NCBI GenBank assembly: GCA_963834915.1
Contig: CAWIDI010000006.1
Span: 84,444-148,443 of the forward strand
From: an uncultured Chloroflexia bacterium
Lineage (GTDB): Bacteria; Chloroflexota; Limnocylindria; Limnocylindrales; CSP1-4
DNA length: 64,000 nt
Reading direction: 5' to 3'
Part shown: piece after piece, positions 46,420 to 56,010 of the stretch
Position numbering within the stretch: position 1 is the first letter of the stretch
How the letters are laid out: every line of letters begins with the position of its first letter
Notes under the pieces: generated by a model
Told to the model about the DNA's origin: nothing
Database searches by the model: none
Seen by the model: the letters and a program-made list of their open reading frames with translations, nothing else
Program-made: the position numbers and the translations under genes

Positions 46420-47425
46420 TCAGGGTCGGCGTGGCGGGGGCGGAGTCCGGGCCGGCGATGCGCTTGGGACCGATGTTGAACTCATCGCGGATCTCGACGA
46501 GCGGGCGACGGGCGTGCGCCCAGTGGTCGAGGTCGAGGAGGTCGACGCCGCTCTCGCTCCCCCGCCGCAGCGCGTCGGCGACCTGGTGCGCGTTCTGCGG
46601 GATCGGAGCCGATCGTGCCGACCGCGCCCGGTGACAGCGGCACCTTGATCATCCCGCTCTCGTAGATGCTCCACGCGAAGAACAGGATCGAGAGCGCGGT
46701 GTCCTCGGGCATCTGGGCGGCCATGAACGCGCTCACCTGGAGCTCGCCGATCGGCGTCGCCTCGTAGCCGGACGCGACGTGGACCCAGTCGTGATGGCGT
46801 GGTGAGCATCGGCACCGAACCCTGCTGGCCGGGCAGCGGCCAATGGTGTCGGGCGTAGAAGTCCGACACGGCGCGACCCCAGCTGTCCTCCGGGTAGGAT
46901 GCGAGCTCGGCGAAGCGAGCGACCGTCTCCTCGTCGTCTGCGCCGTGCCCCTTCATCGCGAGCGATCTGCTCGGCGAAGGCGCGGATGCCGTCGGTCCTT
47001 CACCTCGTGCTTGCACCTCGTCACCGACCCAGCTGTGCCGGGCGAAGTCCGCCATCATCCAGTACCGGTGTCCTTCGAGGCTCCGTTCGAACGCGCCGAG
47101 CAGCGGCTCGTCGACGCCGAGCGCCGCGGCCAGCTCGCGGGTCCGCGTCGCGACCGCGGGATCGGATGGGTGGATCGTCAGACCGAGCGCGACCGCCGCG
47201 CCGACGAGCTGGCGACGGAAGACCGGATCGGGAATCAGGTCGGAGACCTCGTCGAAGCCGATCGGCTCCAGCTCGGCGGCGACGACCGGTCTGGCCGAAC
47301 ACGTCACCGGCGACGGCTTCGATGACCCCGGCGGGTGCCGGATCGAGCGCACCGCGGCCGGCGAGCACCGTCCGCAGGGCACGGGTGCCGGGCTCGATCA
47401 GCTTGGGTGACGGGATCCGCAGCAC
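46420..47425 (-). pseudogene. Coq4-like (HDxxH..E motif) protein, at least 4 frame breaks
   Basis: Fragments: MLRIPSPKLIEPGTRALRTVLAG.. / ..PVVAAELEPIGFDEVSDLIPDPVFRRQLVGAAVALGLTIHP..SLEGHRYWMMADFARHSW.. / ..ETVARFAELASYPEDSWGRAVSDFYARHHWPLPG.. / HHDWVHVASGYEATPIGELQVSAFMAAQMPEDTALSILFFAWS.. / ..VADALRRGSESGVDLLDLDHWAH. Confidence 0.5.
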
Positions 47426-47432
47426 GCGGCGC

Positions 47433-47980
47433 CTAGAACTTGCCGATGGACACGAGCAACGCGACGAGCGAGATCGAGATGCCGAAGTCCCAGATGAGGA
47501 TGAGGGTGTTGTTCGGCGCGTAGTTCTGCTTGCGCACGATCTCCACGACGTGGTTCACGCCGGCCAGGAACAGGAACGCGACGATCGGGATCGACACCGT
47601 CGTCATCGCGGCGATGCCGTTGTAGACGGAGTAGAAGCACGCGAGTCCGAGACCGAGGGACACGGCGGCGAGCTCGCGTCGAAGCCGTTGGTCTTCCACC
47701 CGATCGACGCCGCCGTGCTCTTCGCGAAGACCGAATGCATGACCGACGAGAAGATGAAGACGAAGCCCGCGAAGTAGAGGATCCAGTGCAGGTTCGCCAG
47801 CGTGGATCCGTCGATCGTCTTCGAGCCCGGCGCGGTGGCGCCGCTCGAGCGCCCAGCCCCAGGCGACGACGAACAGCGGGGAAGAACGACCGCAGAGCCC
47901 ATCGAGCTCTTCTTCGCCTTGGTCGGTGCTTCGACCGGCGTGCCGGCTTCCGGTTCGGACGTGACAACTGCCATGGTCAC
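47433..47980 (-). pseudogene. Small integral membrane protein (family unassigned), frame broken
   Basis: MTMAVVTSEPEAGTPVEAPTKAKK.. / ..LANLHWILYFAGFVFIFSSVMHSVFAKSTAASIGWKTNGF / ..AAVSLGLGLACFYSVYNGIAAMTTVSIPIVAFLFLAGVNHVVEIVRKQNYAPNNTLILIWDFGISISLVALLVSIGKF*. Confidence 0.5.
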
Positions 47981-47988
47981 CGACTCCC

Positions 47989-48957
47989 TCAGAGCGATAG
48001 TGGTGAGACATCGGCGACCGAGAACCCTGCCTGTAGCGATTCGCTGCGGCAGGGTTTCTCGGGATCAGGCCGGCCGCGGCGGCGTCCGGTGGCGGCCGCG
48101 GATCGGCGAGATCGGGCGCGGCGAGCCGGCCGAGGACGAGCGTCGCCCAGACCATCGTGACGATCGACGCCAGGAGCAGGAGGTCGCCGACTCCACCGAT
48201 CTTGAGCGTCTCCTCGTAGATCGTGAGCCCGAGCGCCATCGCCACGAGCGGCTTCAGCACCGTCACCGCGGGCAGGCTCGTCTGCACGTCGCCGGCCTGG
48301 TAGCTCGACTGCTGCCAGAACGTGCCGAGCGACGCGGTGAGCGCCATCGCCCCAGAGCTCCCAGTCGCAGATCCCGGCCCAGAACCCGTCGTCGAACCCG
48401 GCGATCGCGCGTCTTGGTCAGCGGGGCCGACACGCCGAGCAGCACGCCGGCCGCGACCGCCAGCACCAGGGAGCGCCGGGTGCCGTGCGGGAGGCCACCG
48501 GCGGCGAAGACGCACGCGGCGACGAGCGGGACGACGACCACGATCGTCGGGATCCAGGCGCGGAACGACGGGGCGTCGCGACCGGCGGTCGGCTCCCCCA
48601 TCACGACGAAGACGATGAGCGACACGGCCAGCAGACCGGCCCACCGCCACTCCTGCTCGGTCAGCCTCCGGTGCGCGACCCGCGCCGCCATCGGCAACGC
48701 GAACAGCAGCGTGGTGACGAGCAGCGGCTGCACGAGGAGCAGGCTGCCGACCGCCGAGCGCGGCGGCCTGCACCCCGAAGCCGGCGATGTCCGCGGTGAT
48801 GCCGAGCAGCCAGATCGGCCGCCGGACCAGCGTGGCGACGAATGCCGGCGCCGAGCGCGTCGTCGTCGGAGATGCCGGCGGTGCCCCGCTGCTGGAGCAC
48901 CGACGCCGCGGCGAACAGGAGCGCCGCGAGCAGCGAGAGCGCGATGGCCAGGCTCAC
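47989..48957 (-). pseudogene. DMT-superfamily-like polytopic membrane protein, several frame breaks (3' end uncertain)
   Basis: MSLAIALSLLAALLFAAASVLQQRG.. / ..LLLVQPLLVTTLLFALPMAARVAHRRLTEQEWRWAGLLAVSLIVFVVMGEP..IPTIVVVVPLVAACVFAAGG.. / ..ALTASLGTFWQQSSYQAGDVQTSLPAVTVLKPLVAMALGLTIYEE..LLLASIVTMVWATLVLGR. Confidence 0.5.
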
Positions 48958-48987
48958 GACCGGCGCCCTCGAGCGTCGGGCGGTGGG

Positions 48988-50166
48988 TCACGAGATCGGC
49001 TCGCCGTCCCAGCAGACGTCGAAGAACTGCGCGGCGGTCAGGTCCTCGCGCGACTTGTGGTCGAGCCCGAGCGACTTGCGGTACGCCTTCACGTGCTGCA
49101 GCGAGAGCACCGTGTAGAGGAGCGGCAGGTGGTCGTGGGGCTGCGCGTACACGTCCGAGCCGCCCTTCGCCGCCTCGTAGTCGGAGCGGAAGCGACCGAG
49201 GTGCTGGAACATGTCGCGCAGCACCGCTTCCTTGATCTCACGCTTGCGACCGGCCGGGCACGACGACCGGCGTCGCCGGCCGTGCGCCGAACAGCGCGGC
49301 GTCGAGCTCCTCCGGCGTCGCGAGCGTGCAGCCGTCCGTGGGGCGCGGGTTGCACTCGACGAGATGGTGCACGCCGTCGGCGGTGCGCAGGAAGTCGAAG
49401 CTCACCTGACCGTGTCCAGCCCAGCGCGCCGACGATCTTCTGCGCAGCCGCGAGCGTCTCGGGTGCGTCGACCGACTCGAACACGATGCCGCCGCGGTCG
49501 TCGATGGTGAGCGCGTGCTCGTAGGTCGAGTGGAGCGCGACCTCGCCGTCGTGCACGACGCTCCAGCTGCACATGTCGACGCCGTCGAGGTACTCCTGCA
49601 CCAGCCACGGGTCGTCCGGCGTCGGCTGCCGCGTCGTCGACGCTGCCCTCGCCCGCGAGCGGACCGGTGTTCGTCAGGACGTTGAGCCCGCCGCGCCCGT
49701 ACGCCGCCCGCGCGAACCAGTGGTCGAACCGACCGATCGCCTCCGTGAGCTCGTCGGGCGAGGTCGCGGTCACCGACTCCGCGACGGGCAGGCCGAGCTC
49801 GCGGCACAGCGCCGCGAACGACACCTTGTCGTGCACCTTGGCCAGCGTGGGGAAGTCCGGGAAGAACAGCTCGCAGCTGCCCTCGAGCCGATCGCGGTGC
49901 GCGGCGAGGTAGAAGACCTCTTCGAACATCGGGAGCAGCCACTCGATCTCGCTGGTCGTCGATGATCGCCGACGATCGCGTCGATGAACTGCTCGGTCTC
50001 CTGGGTCGGCGCCGGAACCTCGATGTGACGGGCCGCGCCGCGCGAGTGACTGCCGGGCGACGCCTTGAACGTGTCGACCGCGGTGACGTCGTTGCCCGGT
50101 CTCGCCGAGCTTGCGGATCTCGTCGACGGCGAACGGCATCCGTGACGTGGTGACCAGCGTGCGCAC
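48988..50166 (-). pseudogene. ATP-grasp domain protein, at least 5 frame breaks
   Basis: VRTLVTTSRMPFAVDEIRKLGETG / ..EIEWLLPMFEEVFYLAAHRDRLE..FPTLAKVHDKVSFAALCRELGLPVAES..FARAAYGRGGLNV.. / ..WLVQEYLDGVDMCSWSVVHDGEVALHSTYEH.. / ..GQVSFDFLRTADGVHHLVECNPRPTDG.. / ..LRDMFQHLGRFRSDYEAAKGG..AAQFFDVCWDGEPIS*. Confidence 0.65.
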
Positions 50167-50295
50167 TGCGACCTCCGGTTGGCTTTTCGCTATCGGCACG
50201 CTACTGACGGTCCTGGAGTGGTTGACGCATGCACGCCGCCTTTCGGAGCCGGTCACGGAACCTGCAGCGGTGACCCTCGCCACGCGCGGCCGCGC

Positions 50296-51270
50296 TCAGA
50301 GGCTGACGACCAGCCGGCCGACGGTCTCCCGCCGCTCCATGGACTCGAGCGCTTCGGGGATCTCCTCGAACGTCAGCTCGCGACCGATCGTGGTGCGGAT
50401 CGTGCCGGTGCGCAGCAGCTCGAGGAGCTTGGCGTGCGCGACCTGGCCTTCGGCGCGTCCGAGGCCAGTTGAATCCCATGGTGCGCCGGGTCCCGAGCGG
50501 ATCGCTGACGTAGACGAGGCACACGCCGCAGATCGAGAAGTTCCCGTACGCGATCGGCCACGGCGTGAAGTAGCTCGCGTGCTCGAGCTGGATGTTCTCG
50601 CTCCACCCGGCGATCAGGTGCCGCCCGTTGAAGCCCATGCACTTGAAGGTCTGCACCGTGACGTCACCGCCGACCGCGTCGAACGCGACGTCGACGCCCC
50701 GTCCGTACGTGAGCTCTTCGATCTCCGCGACGAAGTCGCCGCTGCGGTAGTTGATCGCATGGTCCGCCCCGAGCCCCTTGCAGTACTCGACCTTCTCGTC
50801 GGTCCCTGCGGTCGCGATGACCTTTGCGCCGAGCGCCTTGCCGATCTGCACCGCCCCGGATCCCGTCCCACCCGCACCGGCGTGCACGAGCAGCGTCTCG
50901 CCGGGCTGCAGCCGCGCCCGCTCGTGGAGCGCGAACCAGCCGAGGTGGAACGGGTAGTGCATCGCGGCGCCGTCGACGCTGCTCATGGACGCCGGGATGC
51001 CGAACGCCGTCGCTGCGTCGACGATCGCGTGGGTCGCGTACCCGCCGTGGGCCATCACCGGGATGCCGACGATCCGCTGGCCGAGCAGGTGCTCGGCGCC
51101 GGCACCCACCGCGCTCGACCACCCCCACCGACTCCATGCCCGGGACGAACGGCGCCTCGAGCGGCAGGCAGGTACCGGGTCGGGTCACCGAGCTCGGTGA
51201 CCACCCATGCGTCGCACAGCAGCGGTCCGTCCGGGTCGCCCATCCGCCGTTCCCCCTCGTCGTCGACCAT
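50296..51270 (-). pseudogene. NADPH:quinone oxidoreductase / zinc-type MDR dehydrogenase, at least 3 frame breaks
   Basis: MVDDEGERRMGDPDGPLLCDAWVVTELGDP / ..LPLEAPFVPGMESVGVV / ..GQRIVGIPVMAHGGYATH..GETLLVHAGAGGTGSGAVQIGKALGAKVIATAGTDEKVEYCKGLGADHAINY.. / ..AHAKLLELLRTGTIRTTIGRELTFEEIPEALESMERRETVGRLVVSL*. Confidence 0.8.
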
Positions 51271-51311
51271 TCCGCGACCCTACCGAGGTCCGATCGAGTG
51301 CCAATTTGGGT

Positions 51312-51474
51312 GTCCCGCAGAAGGCTGCGGGACGAAGAATGGAGGAATCCTTCCGGCCCGTGTTTGCGGCTTCGAGATCCGGGGTACCTCCCAGTCGCCT
51401 GGCTGCCCCCCAGTGGCAAGGCAAACCTGAGCCATCGCCTTGAGGCCCCGACCCCCTGCCCGAGTCGGGGCCTC
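51312..51474 (+). other. Hairpin-rich intergenic element (candidate small RNA; strand not established)
   Basis: Perfect stems GTCCCGCAG-AAGG-CTGCGGGAC (51312-51333) and GAGGCCCCGAC-CCCCTGCCCGA-GTCGGGGCCTC (51442-51474), plus CTGG-CTGCCCC-CCAG in between. Two of the loops are C-rich. Lies in a 290-bp gap between divergent genes. Confidence 0.25.
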
Positions 51475-51560
51475 GGCGTGCTCGGGCACGTGCGCCACCG
51501 CTGACCGACCGGGCAGACTCCGTCTCCGACGCGCCACCCCGAAGGTCACGGAGACGATGC

Positions 51561-52073
51561 ATGGGCACGAACCAGCGTTCACAGATCACCATGGACGACG
51601 ACGAGATCGTCGCGTTCATCGACCGCAGCCGCACCGCGACCATGGCGACGATCGGCCCGAACGGCATGCCGCATCTCGTGGCGATGTGGTACGCCGTGAT
51701 CGACGGGCAGATCTGGTTCGAGACCAAGGCCCGCTCGCAGAAGACGGTGAACCTTCGCCGTGACAACCGCATCACGTGCATGATCGAGGACGGGCTCACG
51801 TACGACTCGTTGCGCGGGGTGTCGATCGAGGGCACCGGCGAGATCGTCGAGGATCCCGACGCCGTCTGGAAGGTCGGCGTGAACGTGTGGGAGCGGTACA
51901 ACGGCCCTTACAGCGAAGAGGTCAAGCCGCTCGTCGAGCTCATGCTCCACAAGCGCGTCGCCGTCCGGGTCGATCCGACCCGCACCCGGTCGTGGGACCA
52001 CCACAAGCTCGGGATGGATCCCATGCCCGTCGCCGGCTCGACCGCCGCCTACCTGGACGCAGGCTCCGGATGA
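51561..52073 (+). CDS. PPOX-class (pyridoxamine 5'-phosphate oxidase-like) F420-dependent oxidoreductase family protein
   Basis: ..IVAFIDRSRTATMATIGPNGMPHLVAMWYAVIDGQIWFETKARSQKTVNLRRDNRITCMIE..RVAVRVDPTRTRSWDH. Confidence 0.8.
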   Translation: MGTNQRSQITMDDDEIVAFIDRSRTATMATIGPNGMPHLVAMWYAVIDGQIWFETKARSQKTVNLRRDNRITCMIEDGLTYDSLRGVSIEGTGEIVEDPDAVWKVGVNVWERYNGPYSEEVKPLVELMLHKRVAVRVDPTRTRSWDHHKLGMDPMPVAGSTAAYLDAGSG

Positions 52074-52140
52074 GCTCCACACCATCCGGACCGAATCACG
52101 ACCCGGCCACCGACCTGTGCCCGGAGGAGACGCCCGAAGC

Positions 52141-52974
52141 TCAAACGGCGTCGAACGCCGCTTCGATGCCGCCGAGGGCCTGACGCCACTCCACCGGAGC
52201 CGCTGCGTCGAGCGGCACCCGCAGGCTCAATGCTTCGGTCAGCTCGACCGCGTCACCGCGGAGGCACGGGATGTCGGGGTCGACCGATCCATCGCGGAGC
52301 ACGACGCAGTCGCTCACTTCGAGCACGAACCGGACTGATGGGTCCGTCGCATCGACGGCGAGAACCGCCGCGCCCGAACGGTCCAACCCGATGCCGAGCG
52401 CGGGGCTCACCGCGGCCGCGTACTGCAGGCACGACACGACCTCGTCGGGCTCGGCGACCGGCTGGAGGCCGAGCGGGAGCGCGACATCGCGTTCGTGCAC
52501 CCAGCTGTCCCAGATCCCGTGCTGCACGAGCAGGCGAATCGGCACGTGCCCGGCCGGAGACTCCGCCGTCATCGACCACTCGTCGCGCGTGAACCCGGAC
52601 AGCGTCTCGAGGAGCGCGGTGTTCGAGTCCACGAACCCCTCGAGGACCTCCTGCGACGACAGCGCACTCATCGTGCTCACCATGGCCGGTGGTGTCGCCG
52701 CGGGATCGAAACCCCTCAGGATCCGCGTCGGGTCCCCCGCCACACCGGCGACGACCGACGCGTTCCAGAACTGGTTCACGGTGATGAGATGGGCAACGAC
52801 GTCACGCACGACCCAGCCGTCGCAGCGGCTGGGCTCGTTCCATTGCTCCGGCGCCAGCCCCGAGAGCAGCTCCTGGAAGCGCAGCCGTTGGCGCGTGAAC
52901 GGCGCCAGCTGGCAGTCCGGCTCGGCGTCGATGATCAGGATCGAGGGCCCGTCGTAGCGCGGTGCGAGCTTCAT
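52141..52974 (-). CDS. DinB/mycothiol-dependent maleylpyruvate isomerase N-terminal domain protein (TIGR03083-like)
   Basis: ..LSGLAPEQWNEPSRCDGWVVRDVVAHLITVNQFW..WVHERD.. Intact 277 aa. Confidence 0.7.
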   Translation of the reverse strand: MKLAPRYDGPSILIIDAEPDCQLAPFTRQRLRFQELLSGLAPEQWNEPSRCDGWVVRDVVAHLITVNQFWNASVVAGVAGDPTRILRGFDPAATPPAMVSTMSALSSQEVLEGFVDSNTALLETLSGFTRDEWSMTAESPAGHVPIRLLVQHGIWDSWVHERDVALPLGLQPVAEPDEVVSCLQYAAAVSPALGIGLDRSGAAVLAVDATDPSVRFVLEVSDCVVLRDGSVDPDIPCLRGDAVELTEALSLRVPLDAAAPVEWRQALGGIEAAFDAV

Positions 52975-53921
52975 CAGGCGGGGAACGACTCGCCGACCAG
53001 CTCCTCGGAGCAGGCCCAGAGGGCGGTCGCGGCGTCGGGGTCGAGCGCGTAGGCGAACACGCCGGCGCGACTCTCGGGTCGTCCGTCACCGGGGCAACCT
53101 GGCAATCCTGGCAGTACCGGCCGCCGATCGCGTCGGCGTTCGGCGACGAAGCCCGCCCACACGCTCGTCGCCGCGCCGGCCGGCATGGACTTCCAGATCG
53201 TCTCCTGATTCGCCCGGGCGGCGGGGAGCGCGGCGAACGTCTCTTCCGTCAGGTGCCGCCCGAGCTCGGTGATGATCGTCCCTGGGTGCACCGCGCACGC
53301 CCGCTGCCCCGCGGCGCGGCCGCGCCGGTCGAGCTCGACCGCGAAGAGGATGTTCGCGGTCTTCGACCGGCCGTACGCCTGCCACGGGTCGTACGGGCTC
53401 CGTTCGAAGTTGATGTCGTCGAGCACCACGTCACTGAAGCGATGGCCGGCCGACGAGAGGTTGACGATCCTGGCCGGTCCGCCCGCGAGCAGCGGCCGGA
53501 GCCGGTTGACGAGCAGGAAGTGGCCGAGGTGGTTGGTGCCGAACTGCAGCTCGAACCCGTCGGCGGTGCGGCCTTCCGGCGTGGCCATCACCCCCGCGTT
53601 CGCGATGATCACGTCGATCCGGTCGTAGTCGTCGAGTACCCGGTCAGTGAAGGTGCGGATCGATGCGAGTGACGCGAGGTCGACCGCGCGCAGCTCGACG
53701 GCCGCGCCCGATCCGGCCGCCGCCTCGCGCACGGGCGCCGCCGCACGCTCGCCCTTCTCCAGGTCGCGCACGCCGAGCACGAGGTCGGCACCATGCGCGG
53801 CGACCGCCCGCGCGGTCTCCTGGCCCAAGCCGGCTGACGCACCCGTGATCAGGACGCGCAGACCGGACAGGTCGACGCCGTCCAGGACCTCGTCCGTGGT
53901 CGATTCGCTCCCGAAGGTCAT
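52974..53921 (-). CDS. Short-chain dehydrogenase/reductase (retinol-dehydrogenase-like); ORF open, but ~65 nt near the 3' end are out of frame
   Basis: VLITGASAGLGQETA, NAGVM, YGRSKTAN. The stretch ERRRDRRPVLPGLPGCPGDGRP (about 53076-53141) reads NADAIGGRYCQDCQVAPVTDDP in a neighbouring frame, which matches the family. Confidence 0.85.
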   Translation of the reverse strand: MTFGSESTTDEVLDGVDLSGLRVLITGASAGLGQETARAVAAHGADLVLGVRDLEKGERAAAPVREAAAGSGAAVELRAVDLASLASIRTFTDRVLDDYDRIDVIIANAGVMATPEGRTADGFELQFGTNHLGHFLLVNRLRPLLAGGPARIVNLSSAGHRFSDVVLDDINFERSPYDPWQAYGRSKTANILFAVELDRRGRAAGQRACAVHPGTIITELGRHLTEETFAALPAARANQETIWKSMPAGAATSVWAGFVAERRRDRRPVLPGLPGCPGDGRPESRAGVFAYALDPDAATALWACSEELVGESFPA

Positions 53922-54032
53922 GGACCCAGCATCGCGCGCCGGTCCCGTCGGACACCCGTGGGTCCGGACCGCCCGCCCGGGGTTCGTATGCTCACGGCCG
54001 AGCTCCGCTGGTGGTCAGATCTGGGGGAACCG

Positions 54033-55967
54033 ATGCGCAACCCGCACGCCGGACAGCCGTTCACGACATCGGACGAGGACATCGCCGCCGCACTCCTGGA
54101 CGTGAGCATCCCGACGCTCATGCTCTCCCTCGTCCACATGAGCGGGGATCCGGAGCTGATCCGGGGCCGGCTCAAGCCGGAGGGCCTGTTCCTCAACGAG
54201 GTCCAGGGCTACATGACCGAGGACGCCAAGGCCGAGGTCCGGACCCTCGCGCTCGAGGTCATCAAGGACTACCGGGACCGCGGCTGTCCCGAGCCCGAGC
54301 CGATCTCCGCCGAGCTGCTCCACGAGATGATGTCGTGGCTCGTCGTCGAGGACGTCCCCGCCGAGTACGTGCCGATGCTCATGGAGGAGATGGAGCTCGA
54401 CGGCACCGACGCGCGCCGGATCGCGGCGCCGGCGGACGTCGCGGCGCGCGAGGCGTTCCCCGTCGTCGTGATCGGCTGCGGCCAGTCGGGGCTCCTCGCG
54501 GGGATCCGCCTGCAGGAGGCCGGGATCCCCTTCACCATCATCGAGAAGAACGCGGGCGTCGGCGGGACGTGGTGGGAGAACTCGTACCCCGGTGCCCGCG
54601 TCGACGTGGGAAACCACTTCTACTGCTACAGCTTCGAACCCAGCGACCAGTGGACGGAGTTCTTCGCCCAGCAGCCCGAGCTGCAGTCGTACTTCGAGAA
54701 CGTGATGCGCAAGCACGGCATCGAGCGCAATGTCCGTTGGGAGACCGAGGTTCTGGGCGCCGAGTGGGATGACGCGTCGAGCAGCTGGTTCGTGCGCGTC
54801 CGCGCGGCCGACGGCACCGAGGACACCCTCGTCGCGCGGGCCCTGATCTCGGCGGTCGGCCAGCTCAATCGTCCGAGCATCCCCGACATCCCCGGCCAGG
54901 GTGACTTCGAAGGGCCGTCCTTCCACTCCGCGCGGTGGGACCACGACGTGGACATCACCGGCAAGAAGCGTCGCGATGATCGGTGCCGGAGCGAGCGGCT
55001 TCCAGATCGCGCCGACGATCGCCGAGGAGGTCGGCCACCTCACGGTCTTCCAGCGCACCGCGCAGTGGATGTTCCCGAACCCGAACTATCACGAGACCGT
55101 GGGCCCGGGTGTGCGATGGGCGCTGAAGCACCTGCCGTTCTACGGGCGCTGGTACCGCTTCCTCATCTTCTGGCCCGGGCTGCGACAAGGGTCTCGAGGC
55201 GGCACGGGTGGACCCGGACTACCCCGACCCGCAGCGGGCGGTGAGCGAGATGAACGACCTCACCCGGATGATGTTCACCGACTGGATCACGAGCCAGGTC
55301 GGTGACGATCCCGACCTCATCGCCAAGGTCGTGCCCGACTACCCCGCGACCGGCAAGCGCACGCTGCAGGACAACGGCAGCTGGCTGAAGACGCTGACCC
55401 GCGACGACGTCGAGCTCGTCCGCACCGGCATCGACCACATCGAACCCGACGCGATCGTGACCGTCGACGGCGAGCGCTACGAGTGCGACGTCATCGTCTA
55501 CGCGACCGGCTTCCACGCGAACCGGGTGCTGTGGCCGATGGAGATCATCGGCCGTGACGGTCGTCGACCTGCGCACGCTGTGGGGCGAGCGGCCCGGCGG
55601 CGTACCTCGGGATCACCGTGCCCGGGGTTCCCGAACCTGTTCTGCATGTACGGCCCCGGCACCAACCTGGCCCACGGTGGCAGCCTGATCTTCCATTCCG
55701 AGTGCCAGATGCGGTACATCTCGCAGTGCCTCGAGGAGCTCATCGACGGTGGCCACCGGACGATGGAGCCGCGTCGAGGACAAGTACGAGGAATGGCACG
55801 AACGCTCGCAGGCGGAGATCAAGAAGCTCGTGTGGTCGCAGCCGTCGGTGAAGCACTCGTTCTTCAAGAACGCGTACGGCGAGATCCACGTCCTCAGCCC
55901 GTGGCGCATCGTCGACTACTGGGCCTGGACCAAGGAACCGGTGCTCGCGGACTTCGACATCGAGTGA
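54033..55967 (+). pseudogene. Baeyer-Villiger-type flavin monooxygenase, about 6 frame breaks
   Basis: VVVIGCGQSGL, BVMO fingerprint FEGPSFHSARWD, second GAGASG. Fragments lie in ORFs 53958.., 54901.., 55208.. and 55749..55967, with breaks near 54968, 55180, 55562, 55596, 55627 and 55774. Start alternatives are 53958 and 53988. Confidence 0.85.
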
Positions 55968-56010
55968 CCGGCCAACGGGCCGGCAGGACCGGCCCGGGTT
56001 CACATCGCGA

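Noticed and set aside
48023-48056. Perfect 9-bp inverted repeat (AACCCTGCC..GGCAGGGTT) as a terminator
   Set aside because: It lies inside the probable C-terminal tail of the DMT-like gene and has no U-tract on either strand. It is noted only as a hairpin.
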